From the sequence record MW601223.1: 32,000 nt of DNA; one strand, 5' to 3'. This DNA comes from Arthrobacter phage Prairie. The translations under genes were made by a program, and so were the position numbers. How positions within the stretch are numbered: the first letter of the stretch is position 1; each line of letters opens with the position of its first letter. The notes below the pieces were generated by a model. That model did not search any database. It had not been told where the DNA came from and saw only the letters and a program-made list of their open reading frames with translations. This document shows, one piece after another, positions 1 through 8,951 of this stretch.

Positions 1-1
1 C

Positions 2-307
2 TACAACCTCCGGGCTGTCGGCGGGCCCTCGATCAACGGCAACGGCCGGGACTGGTTCGCCAACGGCCGGGCCTCCGGGGCCTACGAGGCCTACGCGGTC
101 GGCGGGGCCAACGGCGAGACCGCGGGCAAGGGCGATATCGCTTGCTGGGGACCGTCGTGGGGCGGCGGCTGGGGACACGTCGCGATCGTCCTCGCGGACA
201 ACGGCTCTACACTGACGGTTATGTCGCAAAACCCCGGCCCGGCCCGACGGATGAATCTCGGTAAGAACGGCCTACAGGGCTACCTCCGACCCAAGCGGTT
301 CCTGTGA
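2..307 (+). CDS. CHAP-domain peptidase/amidase-like protein, 3' part only
   Basis: Open frame from window edge, ending VGGANGETAGKGDIACWGPSWGGGWGHVAIVLADNGSTLTVMSQNPG...GYLRPKRFL*; GDI..W...GHVAIV pattern of CHAP/NlpC-like lysins. Confidence 0.72.
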   Translation, partial: YNLRAVGGPSINGNGRDWFANGRASGAYEAYAVGGANGETAGKGDIACWGPSWGGGWGHVAIVLADNGSTLTVMSQNPGPARRMNLGKNGLQGYLRPKRFL

Positions 308-708
308 TAGGGATCTGGTCCGGGATGCTCGTCCCGGGCGTCGTCGCCGCTGTCGACTCCCTCGTCCCGACCGGGGCCGAGGCCGACGCCTATGTCAAGG
401 ATCACGGCGGGGCCCGGCTCGAGCTCGCCGAGGTCCTCGCGACGTCCGCGGCCCGGTCCGGGATCTCCCTGCCCGACACGGACGCGGCCCTCGTCGGGGT
501 CCTCCGCAAGTACGGCAAGCCCGCCCGGGATCTCGACTGGGCGATTATCGGGGTCCTCCCGGACGGCCGGACCGCGATCGGGGGCGGAGGCGGGACGGCG
601 ATCGAGTCCGTCGGGGACGTCCTCGCCGTCGTCGAGTCCCCCGGGGAGGGCCGCTATGCCGAGCTGTGGGCGGTCCCCGGTTTCATCTACCTAGGAATCA
701 AGCCATGA
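304..708 (+). CDS. hypothetical protein (134 aa)
   Basis: GTG start overlapping previous stop (GTGA), coding-like codon bias, overlaps next start (ATGA). Confidence 0.75.
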   Translation: MIGIWSGMLVPGVVAAVDSLVPTGAEADAYVKDHGGARLELAEVLATSAARSGISLPDTDAALVGVLRKYGKPARDLDWAIIGVLPDGRTAIGGGGGTAIESVGDVLAVVESPGEGRYAELWAVPGFIYLGIKP

Positions 709-1751
709 TCTACCGCGGCCGAGTAGTCGAGACCCTCCCGGGACAGCGGGCGTGGGTAATCGTCCCGCCCCTCGGAGGACAGGACCCCATAGAGGTCCCC
801 GTCGTCCCCTACGACCTTTCCCCGGGCGAAGGCGTCCTCGTCGGCGACCTGTCGACCCGAGGGGCCGACCTCGTCGTCCTAGGCCGGGAGAACGAGCTAC
901 AGCGCTTCCCGGAGTGGGGCGAGCTCGTCGGAGTCCCGGCCGAGTTCCCCCCGGCCCCCCACGGACACGCTTGGGGCGAGATCTCCGGCAAGCCCGCCTC
1001 GTATCCGCCCTCGGCCCACGGCCACACTTGGGGGGAGATCTCCGGGGCCCCGGCGACCTACCCTCCCTCGGCGCACACACACGACTGGGCGACCGGGATC
1101 ACCGGGAAACCGTCGACGTTTGCGCCCTCGGCTCACACCCACCTGTGGGCGGATCTGACGGACAAGCCCGCGACGTTCTCCCCCTCGGCCCACACGCACC
1201 CCGCGACCGGGATCTCCGACTCGACCGCGACCGGCCGGGCCCTCCTGACCGCCGCGGACGCCGCCGCCGCCCGGGCCGCCGCCGGGCTCGACCGCGTCAA
1301 CAACACCAACGACGCCGAGAAGCCGATCTCGACCGCGACACAGCAGGCCCTCAACGCCAAGTCGGACACCTCCCACACGCACAGCTACTCCTCGGTCGCC
1401 GGTCTCGACCCGACCCCGATCGCCGTGACGTTCGCCAACGGCTGGACCAACTTCAACTCGACGGCCTACAGCGCTATGAAGTCGGTACGGTCCGCCCCGG
1501 GGTCGGTCACGCTCGCCGGGATGCCCAAGCCCGGGACGATCGCCGAGGGCGTCGTCCTCGCCTCGGTCCACGCCGACCACCGCCCGGCCAAAGACGCCTA
1601 CATGGCTTGCGTAGCGAGGACGTCGGTCCCGTCCAATATCGCCTGCCTCCTCGTCGTCCGCGCCGCCAACGGCAACGTCGAGGTATTCGGGGCCCCGTCG
1701 ACGACGTCCTACCTGTGCATCGGCCTCTCCTACGTCCTAGCGAACGGATAG
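705..1751 (+). CDS. minor tail / tail fibre protein with repeated HxH motifs
   Basis: ATG at 705 overlaps previous stop; tandem ~21-aa repeats such as PSAHGHTWGEISGAPATYPPSAHTHDW. Confidence 0.8.
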   Translation: MIYRGRVVETLPGQRAWVIVPPLGGQDPIEVPVVPYDLSPGEGVLVGDLSTRGADLVVLGRENELQRFPEWGELVGVPAEFPPAPHGHAWGEISGKPASYPPSAHGHTWGEISGAPATYPPSAHTHDWATGITGKPSTFAPSAHTHLWADLTDKPATFSPSAHTHPATGISDSTATGRALLTAADAAAARAAAGLDRVNNTNDAEKPISTATQQALNAKSDTSHTHSYSSVAGLDPTPIAVTFANGWTNFNSTAYSAMKSVRSAPGSVTLAGMPKPGTIAEGVVLASVHADHRPAKDAYMACVARTSVPSNIACLLVVRAANGNVEVFGAPSTTSYLCIGLSYVLANG

Positions 1752-1756
1752 ACACA

Positions 1757-1942
1757 ATGCCTGAACGCGCCCCCGGCTGGGTATACCCGGACCCCGAGAC
1801 GACCGCGCAAGCGGACGCCCGGGAGGAGGTCGGCACCGCCACGCCCTGTCCGGTGTGCGGAGCCCTCGTCCCGGCCCGCTTCGCCCAAAAGCACCACGGC
1901 TGGCACATCACGCCGTCGCCGACCCCTGTCCCCAAAGGGTAG
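1757..1942 (+). CDS. small zinc-finger-like protein (61 aa)
   Basis: ATG after GACACA leader; CPVCGALVPARFAQKHHGWH. Confidence 0.65.
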   Translation: MPERAPGWVYPDPETTAQADAREEVGTATPCPVCGALVPARFAQKHHGWHITPSPTPVPKG

Positions 1943-1991
1943 ACACTCCCCCCGTCCCACACCTCCGGGCCCGAGCTGAGACACTCGGAGC

Positions 1992-3662
1992 ATGGCGATA
2001 TCTACGACTCCCCGCTTTGGGATGAAAAAGTACGGGGCCGGGACCGACCCTCACCCGACCCGGACCGAGCACAACGCCCTCATCGACCTCGTCGAGACGC
2101 AGGCCGCCCGCTACGCCTCCGGGACGACAGCGGCCCGCCCGGTCTCGGGCAAGGACGGGACGTTCTACCGGGATCGCGAGGCCGGGCGCATGTACCTCGA
2201 CGACGGGACCCAATGGGTCGATATCGCGACCAACGGCGGAGGCGGGGCCGGGGCCCCTGTCGTCGTCGCCGGGGCCGCGACCGAGGGGACCTCCGCCCGG
2301 TCCGCCCGCGCCGACCACACCCACAGCCTCGCCCTCGCGACCTCCTCCGCTCACGGCGGTATGTCCTCCGGGGACAAGGCCAAGCTGGACGCCTCGACGG
2401 CCGCCGCGACCCCCTCGACGCTCGCCTACCGGGACGCCTCGGGCCGGATCGCTGTCGGGACCCCCTCTGCGGCCGGGGACGCCGCCACCAAGGGCTACGT
2501 CGACTCCGCTGTCGGGGGCCGGGCCCTGTCCTCCCACACGCACGCCGCTACCGATATCACCTCCGGGACCCTCGCCGCGGCCCGCCTTCCCCTCGCGACG
2601 ACCTCGACGGCCGGGGCCCTGTCCGCCGGAGACAAGACGCGGCTGGACGGGGCGACCTCCGCAGCCTCCGCCGGGACGCTGGCCTACCGGGACGGGTCCG
2701 GGCGCCTCGCCGTGTCGGATCCGGAGGCCGCCTCGGACGCCTCGACCAAGGGCTACACCGACCAGCAGGTCAACACTCGGGCCCCGGCTGTCCACACCCA
2801 CCTGTGGGCCGACATTACGGACAAGCCCGCCGTGTTCGCCCCCGACGTCCACACCCACGGCTGGGCCGATATCACCGGCAAACCGACGACGTTCGCCCCG
2901 ACCGCGCACAACCACTCCGGCGCGGAGATCACCTCCGGGACGATCGCCGTCGCCCGGCTCCCGTTCGCGACGACGACGTCCTCGGGCGTCATGTCCTATC
3001 AGGACAAGGCCCTCCTTGACGGCCGGGAGGTCGGCGCGTGGGCGAGCACGCTCGTCGTCCGCGACTCCGGCGGCCGCTTTGACACCCAACGCCCTGTCTC
3101 GGCGAACAACGTCGCCAATAAGGACTACGTCGACGACGTCGGCCTCGCCCGCGTCACTTGGACCGAGTTCGACAAGAGGATCGTCCGCGGGGCCGGTCAT
3201 ACGCACGTCCGGAGCCCCGACGGCGGGACCGTGTTCGCGCTGAACGACTCCGGGACGATCGGCTCGACCAATATCTACAACACCAACGCCGCGACCGGCT
3301 CCTCGTGGCGGGCCCTTTGGGTCAATAACTCGGGCGTCCTCGGCTACAACCTCTCGAGCCGCAAGTTCAAGACCGCCGAGCGGGACTACGAGGTCCCCCT
3401 CGACGTCCTCGACAGCGTCTCCCCCAAGTGGTTCAAGTACATTGCCGACGTCGACGAGCTCGGCCTCGAGGCCGCCCCGGAGCGCTTCAACTTTATGGCC
3501 GAGGATCTCCACGACGCCGGGCTGACCGAGTACGTCTCCTACGAGGGCGAGACCGGCCGCCGGGAGGACGCGCAGACGATCAACGAGCAACTCCTCGTCA
3601 ACGCCCTGTGGAGTATCTGTCGACAGCTCCGCGACCGTATCGACCAGCTCGAGGCCCGCTGA
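1992..3662 (+). CDS. tail fibre/tailspike-like protein with C-terminal S74-type intramolecular chaperone domain
   Basis: Repeated HTH...DITSGTLAAARLP...GDKxxLDG modules; C-terminus SSRKFKTAERDYEVPLD...WFKYIADVDELGLEAAPERFNFMAEDLHDAGL resembles S74 chaperone domains. Confidence 0.8.
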   Translation: MAISTTPRFGMKKYGAGTDPHPTRTEHNALIDLVETQAARYASGTTAARPVSGKDGTFYRDREAGRMYLDDGTQWVDIATNGGGGAGAPVVVAGAATEGTSARSARADHTHSLALATSSAHGGMSSGDKAKLDASTAAATPSTLAYRDASGRIAVGTPSAAGDAATKGYVDSAVGGRALSSHTHAATDITSGTLAAARLPLATTSTAGALSAGDKTRLDGATSAASAGTLAYRDGSGRLAVSDPEAASDASTKGYTDQQVNTRAPAVHTHLWADITDKPAVFAPDVHTHGWADITGKPTTFAPTAHNHSGAEITSGTIAVARLPFATTTSSGVMSYQDKALLDGREVGAWASTLVVRDSGGRFDTQRPVSANNVANKDYVDDVGLARVTWTEFDKRIVRGAGHTHVRSPDGGTVFALNDSGTIGSTNIYNTNAATGSSWRALWVNNSGVLGYNLSSRKFKTAERDYEVPLDVLDSVSPKWFKYIADVDELGLEAAPERFNFMAEDLHDAGLTEYVSYEGETGRREDAQTINEQLLVNALWSICRQLRDRIDQLEAR

Positions 3663-3943
3663 TGTTGGAGGCTGTCCCGGACTTCATCTGGACCGACGTA
3701 ACCCCTTGGGGGATCGTCGGCCTCCTCGTCCTCGGTATCTGCACCGGGCGGTTCATCGTCCCCAAGTTCTATTACGCCGAGCTCCTCCAAAGCCGCAACG
3801 AGTGGCGGGCGACGGCCAAGAGCCTCGAGAGCTCGGTCGCTATCTTCGCTCAAGCGCTCCCGGACGCGCTCGAGGTAGCCAAGACCGCTGACAAGATATT
3901 GACTTCGGTGGGGGAGAAGGCAGAGGAGAACGATCGTGCTTGA
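3662..3943 (+). CDS. putative membrane protein / holin-like (93 aa)
   Basis: ATGA overlap with fibre gene; single N-terminal TM segment GIVGLLVLGICTGRFIV, then a charged helix; located beside lysis genes. Confidence 0.7.
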   Translation: MLEAVPDFIWTDVTPWGIVGLLVLGICTGRFIVPKFYYAELLQSRNEWRATAKSLESSVAIFAQALPDALEVAKTADKILTSVGEKAEENDRA

Positions 3944-4148
3944 AAAACTGTTCGGCTGGGTCCGATTCAAACTAACCGACGAGGAGATCGACGACGCCTC
4001 CTCGACCAAGGCCCGGGCGGAGGAGATCGCCGCCCACGCCTCCGCTGTCGTAGCGGAGGCCTCGACAGTCGGGGAGCGGCAACGACAGCTCCGCCGAGAA
4101 AACCACTTCGGGCAAAAGCTCGACTACGTCTATAGGAACGCCTCATGA
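3936..4148 (+). CDS. hypothetical protein (70 aa)
   Basis: GTG start, overlapping gene chain, helical charged protein. Confidence 0.65.
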   Translation: MLEKLFGWVRFKLTDEEIDDASSTKARAEEIAAHASAVVAEASTVGERQRQLRRENHFGQKLDYVYRNAS

Positions 4149-4546
4149 AATTCTGGCCCTCCGCGGTCCTCGCGGCCCTGTTCGTCGCTATCGCCGCCGC
4201 GATCTCCTCCCTCGGGGAGGAGGCCGGGCGGAGCCTGTACCTCGTCGCCCTCGTCGCCCTCCTCGTCGCCGGGGCCGGGACGACGATCTTCTACGCCCTG
4301 TCGGCCCGGTTTTGGGTCTACCCCCAAGGGCGCCGACTGTTCACGGTCCTCGCCTCGCTGACGCTCCTGATCGCTTTCGTATTCATCGGGCGCTTCCTGC
4401 CCCGCGAGATCACATTTGGTATCGGCGCGACCCTCGTCCTGTCCCTCGCGTTCGCTATCGCCCGGATGGGCCTGACAATGTACGCCGACTGGCGGGCCGC
4501 CGGAGCCCGCCTCAACATTCATCACAAGAAGGAGACCCCCTCGTGA
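4145..4546 (+). CDS. multi-pass membrane protein, holin-like or unknown
   Basis: Several hydrophobic segments; 4-bp overlaps on both sides; directly upstream of endolysin. Confidence 0.75.
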   Translation: MKFWPSAVLAALFVAIAAAISSLGEEAGRSLYLVALVALLVAGAGTTIFYALSARFWVYPQGRRLFTVLASLTLLIAFVFIGRFLPREITFGIGATLVLSLAFAIARMGLTMYADWRAAGARLNIHHKKETPS

Positions 4547-5253
4547 CCAACCGAGCACAGGAAAACTGGATCAACAACGCCGTCGGCCGGGCGATCGACC
4601 CCGACCGCGCTTTCGGCCTACAGTGCGTCGACGTCGCGGACGACTACGCTATGGCCTGCTTCCCGGGCGTGCCGTGGCAAAAGTCCCTCGGCGGGGTCGG
4701 CGGGGCCCGGGATCTCCGCCGTGTCAACAACGCCTATTTCAAGTGGGTCCCGAACATCGTCGGCGATCACAAGAGCGTCCCGGCCCGCGGCGACGTAATC
4801 ATTTGGGACGGGTCCGCCCTCAACCCCTACGGCCACGTCGCTGTCGTCCTGTCCGCGACCCCCTCGACCGTGACCGTAATCCAGCAGGACGGGTTCATGC
4901 AGGTCCGGGCGCATATCGCGACTCTCGGCTACGAGAACCCGGGGACCGGCCCGGCCCTCGGCTGGCTCCGCCCGCAGGTCAAGCCGGACCCGGTCGCCCC
5001 CAAGCCCGTCCGCGTCGTCCGCGAGGTCGGCCCCTACGGCGCCAACGAGCGCTCGAGCACCACCAACGGCCCCGGGACCCTCCGCCGCAAGTTCAAGAAG
5101 GGCGACAAGCTGACCTTCAAGGGCTACCGCCTCGGGACGGATCCCTACAAGGACGGCAACAACGTGTGGTTTGTCGGGGCGTTCTCCGGGACGTATTTCC
5201 ACTCCTCCGGTTTCGTCGGAGGCAAAAACGTCTCCGGCCTCCCGAAGATATGA
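4543..5253 (+). CDS. endolysin: CHAP-like domain plus C-terminal SH3-like cell wall-binding domain
   Basis: GTG start; FGLQCVDVADDYAMACFPG...ARGDVIIWDGSALNPYGHVAVVLSA; C-terminus ...KKGDKLTFKGYRLGTDPYKDGNNVWFVGAFSGTYFHSSGF. Confidence 0.85.
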   Translation: MTNRAQENWINNAVGRAIDPDRAFGLQCVDVADDYAMACFPGVPWQKSLGGVGGARDLRRVNNAYFKWVPNIVGDHKSVPARGDVIIWDGSALNPYGHVAVVLSATPSTVTVIQQDGFMQVRAHIATLGYENPGTGPALGWLRPQVKPDPVAPKPVRVVREVGPYGANERSSTTNGPGTLRRKFKKGDKLTFKGYRLGTDPYKDGNNVWFVGAFSGTYFHSSGFVGGKNVSGLPKI

Positions 5254-5372
5254 GGGCCCTCGCCCTCGCCGGGGCCGCCGCCGGGGTCCTCCTCGTGATC
5301 GCGGTCGCCTACTTCTACGCTGTGATCGAGGTCGCCGCGACCGCCCTCGAGACCCTCTCGAAAGGACTCTGA
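5250..5372 (+). CDS. small single-TM protein (40 aa)
   Basis: ATGA overlap with endolysin; MRALALAGAAAGVLLVIAVAYFYAVIEV. Confidence 0.65.
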   Translation: MRALALAGAAAGVLLVIAVAYFYAVIEVAATALETLSKGL

Positions 5373-5668
5373 TGTTCGACAACACTCCCGGCCGCTACGA
5401 GGCCCCGGCGGATCCGTCCGCGATCTCGCCCAAGGTCCTCGTCGGCCTCCTCGTCGGCCTGTCCCTCACGGCCCTGTCCGCCGCGCTCGCCGCGATCACC
5501 CCGGAGACCCTCGCCGCGCTCGGCCCGTTCGCTGTCCCGGCCGCCCTCGGGCTCGCCGCGGCCGGACAGGCCCTCGCCGGATACATGAAGCGGGACCCGG
5601 CGCGGACAGGCGCCCCTCTCCCGGCTGAGGAACGCCCGGAGGCCCCGGACTACGGGCCGATGGGCTAG
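5372..5668 (+). CDS. holin-like membrane protein (98 aa, two hydrophobic segments)
   Basis: ATG overlapping the previous stop's final A; VLVGLLVGLSLTALSAALAAI...PFAVPAALGLAAAGQAL; position after endolysin. Confidence 0.7.
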   Translation: MFDNTPGRYEAPADPSAISPKVLVGLLVGLSLTALSAALAAITPETLAALGPFAVPAALGLAAAGQALAGYMKRDPARTGAPLPAEERPEAPDYGPMG

Positions 5669-5690
5669 AGGCCGAAGGAGCCCCCGCGAC

Positions 5691-5722
5691 AGGGCCGCCG
5701 TCCCACAAGGGGCGGCGGCCCT
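5691..5722 (+). terminator. strong hairpin, putative terminator after lysis cluster
   Basis: AGGGCCGCCGTCCC-ACAA-GGGGCGGCGGCCCT, 14 pairs with one G.T wobble, no clear U-tract. Confidence 0.55.
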
Positions 5723-5739
5723 CTGCGAGAGTTGACCCT

Positions 5740-6060
5740 ATGAGCACCGGAGAGATCAGTTTCCCCTTCCGCCTGACGGCGACGGGCGAGGTCGCGACCG
5801 TCGAGCGAGGGTCCGACGCCTCGGTCCGCGAGGCGATCGCCGTCCTCCTCCTCACCCGCCCCGGGGAGCGGCCCCTGTCCCCGGAGTACGGGACCCCCGA
5901 CCCGGCCTACGCCGGTCTCTCCGCCGGAGGGATCCAGCTAGGCCTAGACACCTACGGGCCCGAGGGGATCCTCGTCGAGGCCCTCGAGCTCACCCCCCGC
6001 ACCGATACCGAGTCCGAGGCTGTCGTCCGATGGTCCCGAGTAGAAGGAGAGGCCTCCTAA
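5740..6060 (+). CDS. baseplate wedge protein, gp25/GPW-like
   Basis: ISFPFRLTATGEVATVERGSDASVREAIAVLLLTRPGERPLSPEYGTPD is typical of the gp25/GPW family; immediately upstream of gpJ-like gene. Confidence 0.88.
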   Translation: MSTGEISFPFRLTATGEVATVERGSDASVREAIAVLLLTRPGERPLSPEYGTPDPAYAGLSAGGIQLGLDTYGPEGILVEALELTPRTDTESEAVVRWSRVEGEAS

Positions 6061-7193
6061 TGGCCGAGAGCCCCGACGTCCCCGAGTACGAGACCCTCGA
6101 CCTCTACGAGCTGGGGACCGAGCCCGACCTCGTCGCCGCCGCTGTCTCGCACCTCGCCGTCGCGATGCCCGAGTGGGTCCCGCGGGCGGGCAATACCGAG
6201 CTCGTCCTCCTCGAGGGCCTCGCGCTGATGCTCGGCCCGGAGATTATGGCGCTCCGGATGGTCGAGTACGCCGTCACCGAGCGGCTGATGGGTCTCTACG
6301 GCGTCACCCGCGACCCGGGCCTCCCCGCGACCGGCCGCGCGCAGTTCGCCGTCACCCTCTCCGCCCCGGTCCAGATCATCCCCGAGGGGACGATCCTGCG
6401 CTACCACATCGAGCCCACCGGTGAGACCGTCGACCTCCGGACCCTCGAGGCCCTCGAGATCGAGACCGCGACGGGCCTGACGGGCTCGGTCGCTGTCGAG
6501 TCTGTCGATACCGGGACCGTCCCCAACGGGACCCCGGCCGGGACCGAGCTTGAGATCGTCGGCAACCTCCCGTTCGTCGAGTCGGTCGCCCTGTCCGAGG
6601 CTATGACCGGCGGGGCCGGGCCGGAGGAGGACGCCTCATTTATGTCCCGGGCCTCCGCGCTCCTCGCCCGGCAAACCTCGACTCTCGTCCTCCCTGAGCA
6701 CTTCCAATACGCGGCCCTGTCCCGCCCCGAGGTCGGCCGGGCCAAGGTCCTCGACCTCTACAACCCCGCCGCCCCGGGATCCCCGGCCCCCGGGCACGTC
6801 TCGGTCGCCGTCGCCGGACAGGACGGGCTCGCCCTGACCGCCGGACAGCGGACCGCGATCGAGGCCGACCTCGCCTCCCAAGCCCTCGCCTCGCTCCTGA
6901 TCCACGCGATCTCCCCGACCTACACCACCGTCAACCTCGCCGTGTCGGTCCGGGCCGCCTACGGGGCCGACGTCACAGCGGTCAAGGCCGCCGTCGAGGC
7001 CTCCCTCCGCGAGTGGCTGTCCCCGGCGACGTGGGACTGGACTCCGAGCGTCGGGCAGTTCGCGATCGTCTCCCGGGTCGGATCCGTCCCCGGGGTCGCC
7101 GAGGTCCTGACCGTCCCGGCGACAATCGCCCTACCCGGCGCCGCCCCCCTCCCGACCCCCGGCGCGATCACCGCGACCGTCACCGCCAGCTAA
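6060..7193 (+). CDS. baseplate J-like protein
   Basis: Size, order and motifs (GVTRDPGLPATGRAQFAVTLSAPVQIIPEGTIL...; ALSRPEVGRAKVLD) match baseplate J family. Confidence 0.88.
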   Translation: MAESPDVPEYETLDLYELGTEPDLVAAAVSHLAVAMPEWVPRAGNTELVLLEGLALMLGPEIMALRMVEYAVTERLMGLYGVTRDPGLPATGRAQFAVTLSAPVQIIPEGTILRYHIEPTGETVDLRTLEALEIETATGLTGSVAVESVDTGTVPNGTPAGTELEIVGNLPFVESVALSEAMTGGAGPEEDASFMSRASALLARQTSTLVLPEHFQYAALSRPEVGRAKVLDLYNPAAPGSPAPGHVSVAVAGQDGLALTAGQRTAIEADLASQALASLLIHAISPTYTTVNLAVSVRAAYGADVTAVKAAVEASLREWLSPATWDWTPSVGQFAIVSRVGSVPGVAEVLTVPATIALPGAAPLPTPGAITATVTAS

Positions 7194-7208
7194 CGAAAGG
7201 CCCCCGCT

Positions 7209-8942
7209 ATGACGAGGATCCGCCTCCTCCTCGCGACTCCCTCCGCCTCCGGGATCACGGTCCCGGCGGTCGGAGAAGCCGTGTTCCGACCCACGCGCAA
7301 GCGGACCGTCGTCGCCTCCCCCGACGTCACGGTCCTCCCGGCCGGGTTCCCCGCCCCGCTCCCGTCCTCGGGCCCGCTCGTCGTCGAGCTCGCCCCGACC
7401 GGCCCCGACTGGGTGTGGGAGGTCCGCTTCGCTGTCGTGGGGATGAAGCGCTGGACCGAGTACGTCGCCGTCCCCGACGTCGAGGAGCTCGACTACGAGG
7501 ATCTCGTCAAGGTCAACCCCCGGACCCTCGAGCCGCTCGAGGAGCCCACGGCCCTGTGGTACGCCTACGCCGCCGCCCTCGAGACGACAGCGGCCGGGGC
7601 CCGGGCCGCCGCCGAGATCGCCCGGGACGCCGCGACAGGCTCCGCCGGATCCGCCCTCGCCTCGGCGACAGCCGCGGCCGACAGCGCGGACGAGGCCGGG
7701 ACCTCCGCGTTCAACGCCGGGGCCTCCGCCGCCTCCGCCCTCGGACACCGCAACGCCGCCGAGGCCGCCCGGACTGGGGCCGAGAACGCCCGCAACGCCG
7801 CCGACGGGGCCTCGACCGCCGCCGCCGACGCCCGGACCGCGGCCCAAGCGGCCCGGGACGCCGCGGCCCTGTCCGCCTCCGACGCCGCCGGGTCCGCCTC
7901 CGCGGCCGTAGACCACGCCTCCTTCGCCGCCGGACACCGCTCCGCGGCCGACCTCGCCCGGACAGCGGCCGAGGCCGCGAGAGACGCCGCGGGGACCTTC
8001 CACTCGACTACCGTCGATACGGGCTACGTCGACGGCAACGGGCACCTGATCCTCCGGCGCAACGACGACACCCTCGACGACGCCGGATACGTCGTCGGCC
8101 CCCCGACCCAGCTTTCGGTCCTCGGGACGACGACCGGCCCGGAGACCCCCGGCGCGACCGGCCCGCAAGGCGTCAAGGGCGACAAAGGCGACCCGGGAGG
8201 GATCGTCCTTGGGACGAGCCTCGGGACGACCGACCTCAACACGATCGTCACCTCCGGGGTCTACCGGCAGACCAACTCGTCCGGCGCGGACTCCCCGCTG
8301 ACCAAGAATTACCCCTACCAAGGCGGCTACGGCGTCCTGACCGTATTCGAGACAACGCAAAACGCGACGTCGGACGTCGTCCAAGAGTTCCGGAGTCAGC
8401 ACTACGCGACCGGCATCGACGCCCGAGGCTTCTGGCGCCGCAACCGCTCGAATAACGTTTGGTCGCCTTGGCGTTTCCACGCCTCGACCCGCACCGATCA
8501 GACCGCCGGGCGGGCGATCTACATATGGGACGAGGTCAACGGCCGCGAGCAACTCGCCTACGGCGACACCGGCTGGCGGGATATCTCCGGATCTCTCCTG
8601 AACGGATGGACGGCGACGTGGGCCCGGGTCCGCCGGTTCGGCGCCGACATTACACTGACTTTCCTCGGTCTGAACAGTAGTGTCGCGACGTCCGACGTGT
8701 TCTTCACTCTCCCCGCCGGGCTCAAGGCCAACACCGGCGGCTACCACCAAGGCTTTTGGTTCACCGACACGACCGTCTCGCCCGGCTTCCTCCGGCTGAC
8801 CGGCGGCGGCAACCTCGAGCTGACAAGGCGCCCCGCGACCGCCTACTCCGCCAACCTTCAATCGGTGGTCAAATTTACGACCGACGATACGTGGCCGACC
8901 GTCCTCCCGGGGACCGCCGCCGGATCCGTCCAAAACGCATAG
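7209..8942 (+). CDS. tail fibre protein with alanine-rich coiled-coil-like stalk and collagen-like segment
   Basis: Long Ala-rich region followed by GATGPQGVKGDKGDPGG and a C-terminal module shared with next gene. Confidence 0.8.
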   Translation: MTRIRLLLATPSASGITVPAVGEAVFRPTRKRTVVASPDVTVLPAGFPAPLPSSGPLVVELAPTGPDWVWEVRFAVVGMKRWTEYVAVPDVEELDYEDLVKVNPRTLEPLEEPTALWYAYAAALETTAAGARAAAEIARDAATGSAGSALASATAAADSADEAGTSAFNAGASAASALGHRNAAEAARTGAENARNAADGASTAAADARTAAQAARDAAALSASDAAGSASAAVDHASFAAGHRSAADLARTAAEAARDAAGTFHSTTVDTGYVDGNGHLILRRNDDTLDDAGYVVGPPTQLSVLGTTTGPETPGATGPQGVKGDKGDPGGIVLGTSLGTTDLNTIVTSGVYRQTNSSGADSPLTKNYPYQGGYGVLTVFETTQNATSDVVQEFRSQHYATGIDARGFWRRNRSNNVWSPWRFHASTRTDQTAGRAIYIWDEVNGREQLAYGDTGWRDISGSLLNGWTATWARVRRFGADITLTFLGLNSSVATSDVFFTLPAGLKANTGGYHQGFWFTDTTVSPGFLRLTGGGNLELTRRPATAYSANLQSVVKFTTDDTWPTVLPGTAAGSVQNA

Positions 8943-8951
8943 GAGCCCTAG

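Noticed and set aside
907-1230. Possible non-coding tandem repeat or CRISPR array in the fibre gene
   Set aside because: Period is a multiple of three and the frame is preserved as a protein repeat
1908-3590. 560-aa minus-strand ORF opposite the fibre gene
   Set aside because: Mirror of a well-supported + strand fibre gene; arises from high GC third positions; Arg/Gly/Pro-rich composition without domain signal
8866-8880. AAATTTACG in the fibre gene as another promoter-box instance
   Set aside because: Only part of TTTGTAAATT on the reverse strand, lies inside a coding region, and no properly spaced TAnAGT was seen
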